Assembly: GCF_000143415.4 (NCBI RefSeq)
Contig: NW_003314272.1
Span: 2,691,728-2,755,727 of the forward strand
Direction: 5' to 3'
Origin: Selaginella moellendorffii
Lineage: Eukaryota; Plantae; Lycopodiophyta
DNA length: 64,000 nt
Shown here in pieces: positions 49,691 through 60,542 of the stretch. The notes below the pieces were generated by a model. It was not told the DNA's origin, searched no databases, and saw nothing but the letters and a program-made list of their open reading frames with translations. The first letter of the stretch is position 1. Each line of letters starts with the position of its first letter. The position numbers were made by a program, and so were the translations under genes.

Positions 49691-50344
49691 ATGAAGAAGG
49701 CGAGGGCGAGCGTTCTCACCAAGTATGACTCGGGCGGCGGACAGGTGGTGGTGGCATCGGTGAGGCTGGGCGTGGACGATCTCCAATTGCGGGCCTCCTG
49801 CTCCGATCGGACCTTCGTGCGCAGCGCGGGGCTCAAGGGGCTCACGGTCGGGGTGGAGAAGCCCGGATCGTTCGCCCTCGAGTACGATGTCCACGAAGCA
49901 GTGCCGCGCTTCCAATTCTCGGGCGTCGGCCGGCTGCTCAACAAGGATGTCCAGGTCTCCTACACGCACCAGCCCAAGACCCGAGACGCGCTCGTCGTGG
50001 ATGGGATTCTCATCGCCAATCCCGCCAACAAGCTCCACGGCCGGATGATCTTCCCCACCAACAAGGGCCATGTCAAGATGTGCTACGTCCACAATGGCCA
50101 CACGAGCATCGAGCCGGGGGTGGAGTTTCCCAGCCGGGCCTGGAATCTGGGGATCGCGCACAAGTTCCCCGGCAATCACAACGTCAAGGCGACCTACGAT
50201 CATATGGTGAAGACGGTGGGATTGGCGTGGAGCAGGGATCCCGAGAATGGCAGCGGCGCTTGCAAGATCTCCGCCAATGTGCCGCTCCAAGAACCGAAGA
50301 ACGTCCGGGTGCTCATGGAGAAGGTGTGGAATTTCGACTTCTAG
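49691..50344 (+). CDS. OEP24: Chloroplast outer envelope pore protein 24-like beta-barrel
   Basis: 217 aa; LQLRASCSDRTF, LTVGVEKPGSFALEYDV, RFQF, DGILIANPANK, KISA and C-terminal WNFDF. Confidence 0.85.
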   Translation: MKKARASVLTKYDSGGGQVVVASVRLGVDDLQLRASCSDRTFVRSAGLKGLTVGVEKPGSFALEYDVHEAVPRFQFSGVGRLLNKDVQVSYTHQPKTRDALVVDGILIANPANKLHGRMIFPTNKGHVKMCYVHNGHTSIEPGVEFPSRAWNLGIAHKFPGNHNVKATYDHMVKTVGLAWSRDPENGSGACKISANVPLQEPKNVRVLMEKVWNFDF

Positions 50345-50501
50345 ATCTGCGGCGGCGGCGGGGAAGAGTGGAGAGATTTGACGTGGATTTCTTCCTTTCC
50401 CCCCCTTTCTTCCCCCATTCTTTTTGGTGAAATAAAACTTTAGGGTTCTTGGAACTCGCTTCTAGGGTTCTTGAGAGAACGCGGCGAGCGATTCATCATG
50501 T

Positions 50502-53060
50502 ATGTGTCATTTCTGGCACTGTCTCCTTAGATCAGAGCACTTGCGGCGGAATCCGGGGCGGCATTGCGCGTATGGCTGGGATTCTCGAAGGTATCTGGGA
50601 AATCACTTCGAGGTAGAGGATTTCCAGGACCAGGAGGGAGGATCGCGCACACAGGAGCTTCTCACCGCATTGAAGGCATGCAGCAGCGCCAGGGATCTCG
50701 ACATCGCCCGGGCGATCCATGCCCGCGCCCTTCACACTGGGCATTTCGGCAATGTGTACGTGGCCAACACGGCCGTGGACATGTTCGCGAGCTGTGGAAG
50801 CCTGGCGGAGGCCCGCGGCGTTTTCGACCGGATGCCGTGCCACAGCGTGGTGTCCTGGAACGCTTTGATCCTCGGCTACGCACAGCACGGGGTGAAGGAG
50901 GCGGCATTGGCATTGGATTTGTTCCGGGGCATGGAAGCTGAGCCGGATCGCCGGACTTTCGTGGCGGCTCTCAAGGCTTGCAGCACCTTGGCAGCGAGCA
51001 GCGAATCCAGCAAGCTCGGGGCCCTGGAAATCGGCATGGCGACGCACTCTCAAGCTATCAAGGCTGGATGCGATGCTTTCAACTACGTCGCGAACACTAT
51101 GGTGGATATGTATGCCAACTGCGGGAGCATGGCCGATGCTCGCAAGGTCTTTGACAGGATGGAGAGCTGGGACGTGGTGTCCTGGAATGCGCTGCTGCTG
51201 GGCTATGCCGAGAATGAGGAAGAGCTCGCTTTGAGGGTCTTCTCGTGCATGGCATCGATCGAGGATGCTCCGCAAAATCACCTGACTTTCGTGGCGGCGA
51301 TCAAAGCCTGCACGAATTTGGCGCCCAAGGAGAAGGGGAGAAAAGTTGATGGGAGGCTTCTCAAGGTGGCGGCTCTGGAGAGAGCCAGTGATCTTCATGC
51401 CCAAGCTACCGCGAGCGGTCACGAGAGAAACGCTAAAGTGGCCGGTGCTTTGGTCGACATGTATGCGAAGTGTGGGAGCATGGTGGCTGCTCGTCGCGTC
51501 TTTGAGAAGTTTTCGCCCCTGGACGTGGCGCTGTGGAACATTTTGATGCTGGGCTACGCGGACAACAAGGAAGCCGAGCTGGCTTTGGAGGTTTTCGAGA
51601 GTATGAAGGCACAGGGCTTTACACCCAACTCCAGGACGTTTGTGGCGGTGCTCAAGGCTTGCACCAGCCTAGCAGCAAAAGAAGAAGGGAGAAGCCTGAA
51701 CGGGAAGGTGGTGAAGCTTGCCTGCTTAGAGAAAGGTGTAGCCATCCACAGGCAAGCTTTGGAGCTTGGCTGCGACGGTGATATCTATCTAGCAAGCACG
51801 CTGGTGGACCTTTACGCGAAATGTGGGAGCTTAACAGATGCTCGCAAGGTGTTCGATGCAATGCTTCGCCGGAATGAGGTCTCCTGGAACGCACTGATAC
51901 AGGGGTACGTTGAGAGCAACGAGGCGGAGGGAGCTCTGGCGCTTTTTTCAGAAATGAGAACTTCCACCTGTGCGCCGGACGCTCTAAGTTTTGTGGCGGC
52001 CATTAAGGCATGCACCGCTCTGGGTGCTGAAGAGCTTGGCAAACAGCAACCCGACGGCAAGCTCGTGAAGGTGGTGTCGTTGGAAAAAGGCAGGGCAGTT
52101 CACGATCAAGCTAGAAATTCCGGCTGGGACGCCAACACCTTCGTCAGGAATTCGCTGGTGGACATGTACGCAAAGTGTGGCAGCCTGGAAGACGCACGCA
52201 GGCTCTTGGACGGGATACCTGGTTGCGATGCGGTCTCCAAAACAGCTCTCATGCAGGGGTATGCCGAGAGTGGAGACGGAGAGCTTGCGCTGGAAATCTT
52301 CTGGGCTATGGAGTCGAGAGACGCACTAGCGTTTGCAGCAGCTCTCAAGGCCTGCGGAAGTATAGCAGCTCTGGAACCCGGTAGACGGATCCATGCAGAA
52401 GCGTGCAGGGTAGACTTCGGACGGGATTCACTGGTACCAAACGGCGTAGTGGATTTCTATGCAAAGTGCGGGAGCATGGACGCTGCTCAGCACGCCTTCG
52501 ACTCGCTCCAGAGCAGAGACTCTGTGAACTTCACGGCACTGATCGCGGGGTACAGTCACCAGGGAGACAGCAGCGCAGTGTTCGATCTCTTCCATGCCAT
52601 GGAAGACGAGGGCTGCGACGCAAACGCAGTGACCTTCGTCAGCCTCCTCACGGCTTGCAGCCGAGCAGGGCTGGTGCGCAACGGACAGAGCTATTTCAGC
52701 GCGATGGCGGCCAAGTTTGGAGTGAGGCCGGGGCTGGAGCACTACGTGTGCATGGTGGACATGCTGGCCCGCTCGAATCACCTGTCGCAAGCGCTGGCGA
52801 TGGTGGAGGGGATGCCGTTCCAGCCCAACACGGTGCTGTGGACGTCGGTACTGGCAGCCTGCTGGAAGTGGAAGAATGTGGAGGTGGGAAAGGTGGCGTT
52901 TGACGCGTTGGTCCGGCTGGATGAGAACGAAAGCGCGGCTTACTTGCTCATGGCCAACATCTATGGAAGCTGCGGTCTGTGGGAGGAGCGTGCCAGAGTT
53001 CTGGAAGCGGCTACAGGAAAACAGGTTCCCAGGTTGTGCCAGGAATTTGGAAGCAACTAG
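50502..53060 (+). CDS. PLS-class PPR protein with E domain, no DYW (organellar RNA editing factor type)
   Basis: Repeated LVDMYAKCGS..ARKVFD.M...VVSWNAL motifs, EHYVCMVDMLAR and MPFQPNTVLWTSVLAAC. The ORF ends after the E domain. Confidence 0.92.
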   Translation: MCHFWHCLLRSEHLRRNPGRHCAYGWDSRRYLGNHFEVEDFQDQEGGSRTQELLTALKACSSARDLDIARAIHARALHTGHFGNVYVANTAVDMFASCGSLAEARGVFDRMPCHSVVSWNALILGYAQHGVKEAALALDLFRGMEAEPDRRTFVAALKACSTLAASSESSKLGALEIGMATHSQAIKAGCDAFNYVANTMVDMYANCGSMADARKVFDRMESWDVVSWNALLLGYAENEEELALRVFSCMASIEDAPQNHLTFVAAIKACTNLAPKEKGRKVDGRLLKVAALERASDLHAQATASGHERNAKVAGALVDMYAKCGSMVAARRVFEKFSPLDVALWNILMLGYADNKEAELALEVFESMKAQGFTPNSRTFVAVLKACTSLAAKEEGRSLNGKVVKLACLEKGVAIHRQALELGCDGDIYLASTLVDLYAKCGSLTDARKVFDAMLRRNEVSWNALIQGYVESNEAEGALALFSEMRTSTCAPDALSFVAAIKACTALGAEELGKQQPDGKLVKVVSLEKGRAVHDQARNSGWDANTFVRNSLVDMYAKCGSLEDARRLLDGIPGCDAVSKTALMQGYAESGDGELALEIFWAMESRDALAFAAALKACGSIAALEPGRRIHAEACRVDFGRDSLVPNGVVDFYAKCGSMDAAQHAFDSLQSRDSVNFTALIAGYSHQGDSSAVFDLFHAMEDEGCDANAVTFVSLLTACSRAGLVRNGQSYFSAMAAKFGVRPGLEHYVCMVDMLARSNHLSQALAMVEGMPFQPNTVLWTSVLAACWKWKNVEVGKVAFDALVRLDENESAAYLLMANIYGSCGLWEERARVLEAATGKQVPRLCQEFGSN

Positions 53061-53089
53061 AGAGATAGGATGGGACCGACTGATGACGG

Positions 53090-53268
53090 AGGGGCTGATG
53101 GTCATCGAAAAGAATGAATGAAAGCTCCAACTTTGGAGTCAGGGAAGGGATGGGCTGATGATCATCGAAGCAGGAAGAATGAAAGCTATGAAAGCTCGAA
53201 CTTTGGAATCAGGGAGGGGCTGCAGGAAGAACGAAAGCTACAAAAGCTCCAACTTTGGAGTCACTGGA
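53090..53268. repeat. Imperfect tandem repeats between convergent genes
   Basis: AAAGCTC(C/G)AACTTTGGA(G/A)TCA occurs three times; GCAGGAAGAA and GGGCTGATG occur twice. Confidence 0.7.
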
Positions 53269-53394
53269 AAGACAAGAACAACAGGGGAGACAAGAACGAA
53301 CGCAGCGGAGAATGGAAGTCAGGAACAATGGTATTACAGACAAGGGAGCAGAATTATACAGATAAATGAGGAGATCATCCACCAGATCATGGCA

Positions 53395-53799
53395 TCAGCA
53401 GCCTCGCCGCCTCTTACCGATGACCCGGACGATCTCTTTGGTCACCTCGAGCTGCATCTCGGCGATCTGGAGCTGGAAGGCCCGGCTCTCCTGGCTCATC
53501 TTGAGCTGCGCCTCCACCTCGAGCTGCTTGCACCGCTCGAACGCCTGCGTGTAGTGATTGAGAGCTCCCACCAGCAGGTTGATGGCCGACGACGTGGAGC
53601 TCCTGCCCGACTTCTTGCTCTTCTTCCTCACCGACGCCGCCGCCGCTACAGCCCGGAAGTCGATCTCGTCGGCCCGCTCGCTCGTCGTCCTGGGCGACGA
53701 CACGGTCGTGTGCTGCTGCTCGTCGTCCTCATCGCCGCCACCTTCTTCTCCAGCGTCGCCACCGTCAGTGCCGCCGCAAGCGCCTCCATGGCCGGGTGG

Positions 53800-53830
<31 letters not shown>

Positions 53831-54511
53831 GGATCCAGGTTGGTGGGCGACGAACAGTTCCTGGCGGTGGTGGCGGCGTCCGCGTTGTTGCTGTGGATGG
53901 CGGCGGCGATCCTCTTGGAATTGGAGTTCCCGGTGGCGAGCGCGGCGGAGGAGAGCTTGAAAGTCCTGCCCAGGATGGAGTCCATGCGGTCGAAGAAGCG
54001 CCAGGTCGGGGGGACGTCCGCCTGGATCATCCGGAGCTTTGACTTCTTGTAGAGGCGGATGAGAAGATCCACCTTGTTCTTGCACTGCTTCCAATCGTAG
54101 CTCGTCTGGAAGGTGGAATTCAAGGTGTCGGCGATCTCGCGCCAGTGCTGGCTGCGGAGGTTACCCATGTTGAGCTTGATGACCTTGATGTCCTCGAACT
54201 GGTCGATGAGGCTGTTCACCACCGCCGTCGGCCATAGATCTCCTCCTCCTCCACCGCCGCCGCCGCCGCCGCTAGCTCCTCCGCCAACGCCACCGCCTCC
54301 TGGCGCCGCTCCCGCCGCCGCCGCCGATCCATTGTGACCCAATTCGTCCGCCGCCGCAGCTCCAGCGTCACCGCCCAGCTGCTGCTCGTGCTCATCAGAC
54401 ACAGTAGTGGATTCTCCTCCGGGAGCTGCGATGACCTAGGAAGATCGGGGCATGTCAAGAAAAGAGGAAATTTGGGGAATTGCGAGGGATTTTTCTTACC
54501 GCTTCTCCCAT
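53395..54511 (-). CDS. Trihelix (Myb/SANT-like) transcription factor with C-terminal coiled coil (exons 54511-54500, 54435-53395)
   Basis: WPTAVVNSLI...LRSQHWREIA...QCKNKVDLLIRLYKK...WRFFDRMDSIL. The long ORF has no in-frame ATG; a 12-nt first exon (MGEA) is spliced through a GT-AG intron. Confidence 0.85.
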
Positions 54512-54899
54512 GGACTTGGAAGAGATGGATCGAGTAGAGAGGAAGACCCTAGGTGCGTGCGTTAGAGCATCAGTAGCTTAAGAGGGGAGGTTGGCTATGG
54601 CGGACAACGGCGACGCGCATGGAACCGCCGGCGGCGCCACATGTGATCCCCGCTGGCTGCATGCCGGAAATGCCGTCCACAGTGACGCGCGGGTATCCTG
54701 CCGCACCGCCCCTGACACGGTACTCCACCGCCAGGGAAAGATGCCACCCACGGAGTGGAATATGCTCCAGCTTTGAAAAATTATAAGGCATAAGAGCGGT
54801 TTGCTTGTGTATTTTACATCCTAGAAATCGTCCAGCTGGGTGGGAGTTTGATAGAACCTTTTTTTAATCTTTAGGGGGCTTTGATTTGAGGAGCTGGTT

Positions 54900-57800
54900 T
54901 TAGATGAAAACTCTCTTTCCATTGAATTACTAGACAACGTGATTGAATTGCTAAGATTTGGACGCTTGATCCTTGCGAATGACTGATTTGATACCATAGT
55001 ATTTAGAACTTAATGCTGCAATCCAGTAGTGCGTATCTCCAGAAAGTGTATTGAACAAACTTGTCACTCAAGTTATGTGGTGTGGAAAATTTTATAGGTC
55101 ATCTTACTGATACTTCTTTGATCTCTTGCAGACACAGCTAAGTTGCTCTCTACGAGCATAATGACTTTGTATGGCAATCTCTCATATACATTGTGATAAT
55201 TGAGTTTAAGGTAATTATATCTTCTATGTAGTTGTCTTGAATATTGAAAGTTACATATCAACAAGTCTTTCAAATATTCTCCTCTTACAAGTTATTTCTT
55301 TTGTTAATCCTTTTAATTCTCCTTTACTAGTAATATTACTAATGCTAATAGTAATAGTAATATTAAAATTAAAAAGTTGAGACTATGAAGTTATTACTTT
55401 TTTATTTGCTTGACTAGAAGAAGTGTTCTTTGACAAGCCTAGACAAAGGATAAAAATATAATCGGGATAGTGGGGGAAAATAGAGATTAGATTAAAAATG
55501 TGTGAGGAAAAGTGACTTATGGATATTATTTTTGCTAAATATATAATAGGGATAGTGGGGGAATAATTCATATTGAGAAGGAGAAAATAATGCAAATAAA
55601 AATAGGAATAAATATCTTAATTAGGCTTTAGACCCTTATTTATATACAAGAATTTATGGATTGGATTCAACTAATATATTATAGTACTATAACCTCAATA
55701 CATACATATTGCACAAATAGAATCAAGCAAAGCAAAGTCCCTTGCAAAAGTAGAGCACACATTATTGTCAAGAACATGACCATCACCTGGATCACAACAT
55801 AGTAGCTAATAATCACTTGAAAGCTTTGACAGACCATTTTGAGTTTGGAAGCACCTCTATATATATATTGATACATATATTTACATACCTTATATTAGGA
55901 CATGGTTTTTACTTTATATCTTATAGTGATTTACCACCATAAAGTAAAACTTACCCTCACATATATGTGCCAAGAGCAATGAAGTGAGATTTAAGTTTCA
56001 AAGCTTGGGCCATTGAACAAAGGGATGGAGCCAAAACTCTTGAACATATAATCAAAAAACAAATGAATGAAAGCATGGAGTGATAATATAATAGTTCTAA
56101 TGCATGCAAAATAGAGCCATATAGAGTTTAGTATTATTTAAGCATATCGATAGTCTATTGCAAAGATATAGATACTCTATTAGCTAGCATAGTATGAAAT
56201 TTAGGTTTAGACTTAAGCTAAATGCAAAATAAGGATATATACACTTAATAGGGAGCTATATTATGTCTCAAATTGGTTTGCTATACCTAACTTACCTATT
56301 ATCCAAACTATACATTTAAAACCCCCTATATGAAAGCATATATAAAAGCATATTTTAGGCTTTCACCCCAGTCCCAAGAATTAATCTTTAGGATAATCAC
56401 TAAAATTTATTAAATATAGAATGGTGCTAACTTGTGAATTTAGATGTGAAACAACACCATCATATTCAAGATAACTTTTACATTTTGTAAATATGCTTTA
56501 CTAATAAATGTAATTTCATAAATAGCAAAGAGACCGAACGAAAGTAATATATGGAGAATGATAGTGAGAGTGTCTTGAGAAACATAGTAAATCATTATTT
56601 AATATTGAAAGACTAGACTCAATATCACAAAGGTTCCTAACACTAGCAAGTGCAAGCCAATATATAAGTTTCTCATTCCAAGTTGAGTATGCTCACCAAG
56701 AAATACATAGAAATTTTTACCTTATATTTATCTAGGATAAGTACACACATAATGACTAATTTTTCAAGTAGTTTTGGCAAAGACTAATAAAGAGAACCAA
56801 CAACATCAACCTCTTGCTAGTGGTAGGAAGATAAGAATATTTGAAAGGACTCACAAATAGGTAACTTTTAATAACTGTAATCACCTTTTTAATACTTCCC
56901 CTTCAGAAGATGAAAAAGTGATGAAAATAAATTAAGTGGAATATCTAAAGCTTCTACTGGATAGTTATAGATTGCTAGAAGAAACTAAGTGATGATGGGT
57001 ATAACAAGTCTAAATAGAACCAATGCTTCAAAAAAAAAAACCTACTAAATCACCAACATAGTTGTTAAAAATTATAATAAAAATAGAACCTTAAGTATAA
57101 GCTAATTATAAAATATGAATGAATTAGTTGTAACTCCATATGCAAATGCTAAATGCATGAACTTGAAGGCATAATTTTAAACCAAAGCAAAATACTTTGA
57201 AAGCTACTATAATCCATAAAACACTATTGTAACAAATGAGACATCCTATCTCTAAGTTTGCCTATTGGCCATCTTTCAGGACTATTGTTAACTCTAAATT
57301 ATAACTATCAGCAAAACTTACATCTATATCTTCTCTTTGGTCAACCTTCAAATGCCATATTAACTCAGACTTATAACTTTCATCTTAGTCCAACACAATA
57401 TTCACTTTGTTCATCTTCTATAGTTTCTTCATTCCTATTTACTCCACTATTGTATTTATTTGTCTTCACTTCATCATTAGGGCTAAATTCACATTTGTCC
57501 TTCTACCTCTCCTTTGAAGAAAAAAGAGTTCAAAATATTGGGACAAAAAGGAGATAATGAGAAAAATTAAAAAGACATATTGTGGAAGAAGTGGATAAAG
57601 AAACATCAAAAAAGGATTTTTACCAATTTTTTAAAGAAAAAATAAGGATATAAAAAGAGAATAAATGACTTTCTATTATAAAATACTTTAGCCATTATAA
57701 GATAAGTAATAAATTCATACTAATCAAACTCCTTAACATACAACTCAATACTTCAGATAAGAAAATTAATAAAAAAGTCCAAAAGGAATATATAAATTTC

Positions 57801-58315
57801 ACTCATAAAGGAAACTTAAATTTAACTCATAAATTTAAATTTTTTTACTCATAAAGGAATATATAAATTTCTTAATATTAACAGTAAAATAAAGATTGTC
57901 AATAGTATTTACAACCAAAGACAAGCAGGCAACCTAAAACTTTAGCAAAAGTGAATCAACTCTTGAAATAAAGAAATATTCAACACCAAAACTAATAAAA
58001 AACTTTACCAACAAAAAAATCAAGATTCTCCTCTTTATACACATACTTAACATTTAAATTAATATAAAGAAAATAGAAAAAATTCAACTCAACACTAGAT
58101 TGAAAATAAGAATCATAAGAGTCATAAATAATCGATATACCAAAAGAATTAAATACTACAAATAAAAAAGAAACACTAAGAACATTAGAAAGTAGCTCAT
58201 GCCATGAAATAAAAAAAAGGTTAAGAAAGAGCAGAAGGCAAAAAACAAAGATCAAATAGCAAATTGAAAGATTGATCTATAAAGTCATAAATTCATCTCT
58301 AAACTATCTTTATAA
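54900..58315. other. AT-rich, CpG-depleted decayed repeat region
   Basis: Abrupt GC drop, no credible ORFs, local micro-duplications and short matches to the adjacent LTR. Confidence 0.55.
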
Positions 58316-60542
58316 TATAAGGAACCAACTCCCTGAGGTGTCATATGCTAAAGGATCCCTAAAAGGATAATTGGAATGGTAAAGTCTTTATCAGATAAGA
58401 CTGAGTCTAAGATCGAGTCCAAGACCGGCTTTGAGACCGAGTTCAAGACTGAGTCCAAGATCGAGTCCTAGACCGAGTTTGAGACCGAGTCCGAGATCAA
58501 GTTCGAGACTAAGTCCAAGATCGTGTCCAAGACAGAGTCCAAGGTCGGGTCCGAGATTGAGTCCGAGATCGAGTCCGGGACTGAGTCCGAGGTCAAGTCC
58601 GAGATTGAGTCTGATGATAAAGAGTTCATCGGATGAGACCGAGTCTGAGATTAAGTTTAAGATCGACTCTGAGACCGAGTTCGAGTTTGAGACTGACTCT
58701 GAGACTTAGTTTGAGACCAAGTCCGAGATCAAGTCCGAGATCCGAGATTGGGCCCAAGACCGAGTCTGAGATCGACTCTGAGACAGAGTTCGAGGTCAAG
58801 TCCGAGATCGAGTTCAGGAACGAGTTGGAGGTCGAGTCCAAGATTGAGTCTGAGATCGAGTCCAAGACCGAGTCCAAATGCTAATACAGGTCGTGGGGTG
58901 AAAGCCCAAAGCATGTGTATCGAGGGGGGGGGGGGGGGGGGGGGTTTCAAAAGTATAATAGGGATAGTGAGGTTCAAGAACCAGTCTTGAAAGAACTCTC
59001 TAGTGGTGCTTCTAAACTGACTTGAAGTTGAGACTAGGGCTTAAGGGCCTTGAGTGGGAGTGAGCATGGACTCGGGTGGTGCTGGAGGGGACACCTAAAG
59101 AAGTGCTCAAGAGCAACTCTCACTCCTGGAAGGGAAACCAACTGCAATGCTCCCGACTTATGTGGAGTGGTGCCCCACTTAAGTACCTTGCGGCTCATTG
59201 GTCCTCACCCCACTCCAAGGGGCTTGAGCCTTCCCTTCAGGATGGAAGTGGGGGAGTAGAGGTACCCATACTGGGCCATTAGGCCATGACGTTTCCCCTC
59301 TGTGTCTCGAAGCAAGTGTTGCACCCAAGGCTTGGGATTTAGAGGGTCCCATGATCAAGTCTTGTTGTACCAAGGGATGTTAGAAATCTGGAGACTTGGT
59401 GTGTTTGGCTGTTTATGCTTGCAAAGAGTGTAGTCGAACTTTAAGTCCAGTCTAACCTAGGGAGGGGGATTACGAGAGATTTGGGGAATGTGTGGATGGA
59501 TGGCTAACGCTCCATTGCTCGTGTAGTGAGTAGTTGAAACCAAGTAGGGGCTGGTACAATAGGTGGGAACCTTGGTGAGGGAACTTAATTAAAGCTAATG
59601 TAGTGTTGGTGGGATAGACGAGGTAAGTTGACAAATTAGAAAGGAAAAATTTGTGGCTTACAATTTGGTATCGGAGCCTTTTCCTCAGTTCTAGTGAAGA
59701 ATAAAGGCAGATTGCTAGGAAATGGCAAAAGCAAGGTATAAAATAACTAACACGGAGACAGAACTTCCTCAAGAGCTGGAGCCTCCGGTCGAATAAGAAT
59801 CTATAAATGAGGATTCCCTGCATGAGGAGGACTCCAGTGAGGAAACTTGCAAACAGGAGTCTAGTGGTGAGATTTAGTTGTCCAAGGCTTGATTAGACAT
59901 TCTAAAAGGACAATTGGTATAGACTAATGCCCTATTGAAGACTCTTATATACAAACTAAAGCATGATGAGAAGTAGAAGAAAAAACGAAAAATTGCAAAT
60001 GCTGGTAGTGCAAAAGGCGTGGACCTTTCAGCAGGGACTAAGGCAGAACTAAACAAGGTCAAACAAACTAAAGTGGAATCAGTCCCTCAAGTAGTTCCCA
60101 AATACAAACCAAAGCCCCCACTAATTTTCAAGGGAGTGAATGATTATACGGTGGTGGAGGATTGGTTTTACGATATGGAGGATTACTTTCGAGTGTTGTG
60201 GTTATCGAGCTTGGAGAAGGTCCCATGTGCAAAACCATACTAGGTAGATAATGCCAAGTCTTGTGGAGAACAATAGACGCCAACATAAGACTGGTGGCCA
60301 CTTGGGAAATGATGAATGCGAGGATTCATACAACTTACATTCCTCCAAATGCTACTCTACACCTAAGGGATGAGTTGAGTAGGATAAAGTAGACTGGAAC
60401 CATTCAAGAGTATGTGAATGCATTTATGGCAAAGAGGATATTTGTCACGGATATGGGTGATATGGATGTGTTCCATGCCTTTATATCAAGCTTGCAAACC
60501 TGGGCTCGAGGCAAGATGATGCATTAGAACCAGACTAACTAC
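58316..60542 (+). mobile_element. Decayed Ty3/gypsy LTR retrotransposon A: 5' LTR 58316-59662, tRNA-iMet PBS 59666-59678, disrupted gag
   Basis: LTR T(A)TAAGGAACC...GGCTTACA, PBS TGGTATCGGAGCC, and a gag remnant KPPLIFKGVNDYTVVEDWFYDMEDYF with stops. Confidence 0.85.
58395..58878 (+). repeat. Degenerate 6/12-bp tandem array (GAGTCC/GAGATC/GAGACC) inside the LTR
   Basis: Periodic GAGTCCGAGATC-like units. A shorter mirror array lies at ~61335-61570. Confidence 0.85.

Noticed and set aside
53395-54571. Myb/SANT gene plus TTA-GAGCATC as a PIF/Harbinger transposon end
   Set aside because: No DDE transposase and no matching second terminal inverted repeat was found.
58395-58990. Repeat array resembling a CRISPR, and Ser/Arg-rich ORFs (58431-58709 etc.)
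   Set aside because: No unique spacers or cas genes. It is a degenerate tandem repeat inside an LTR, and the ORFs are by-products.
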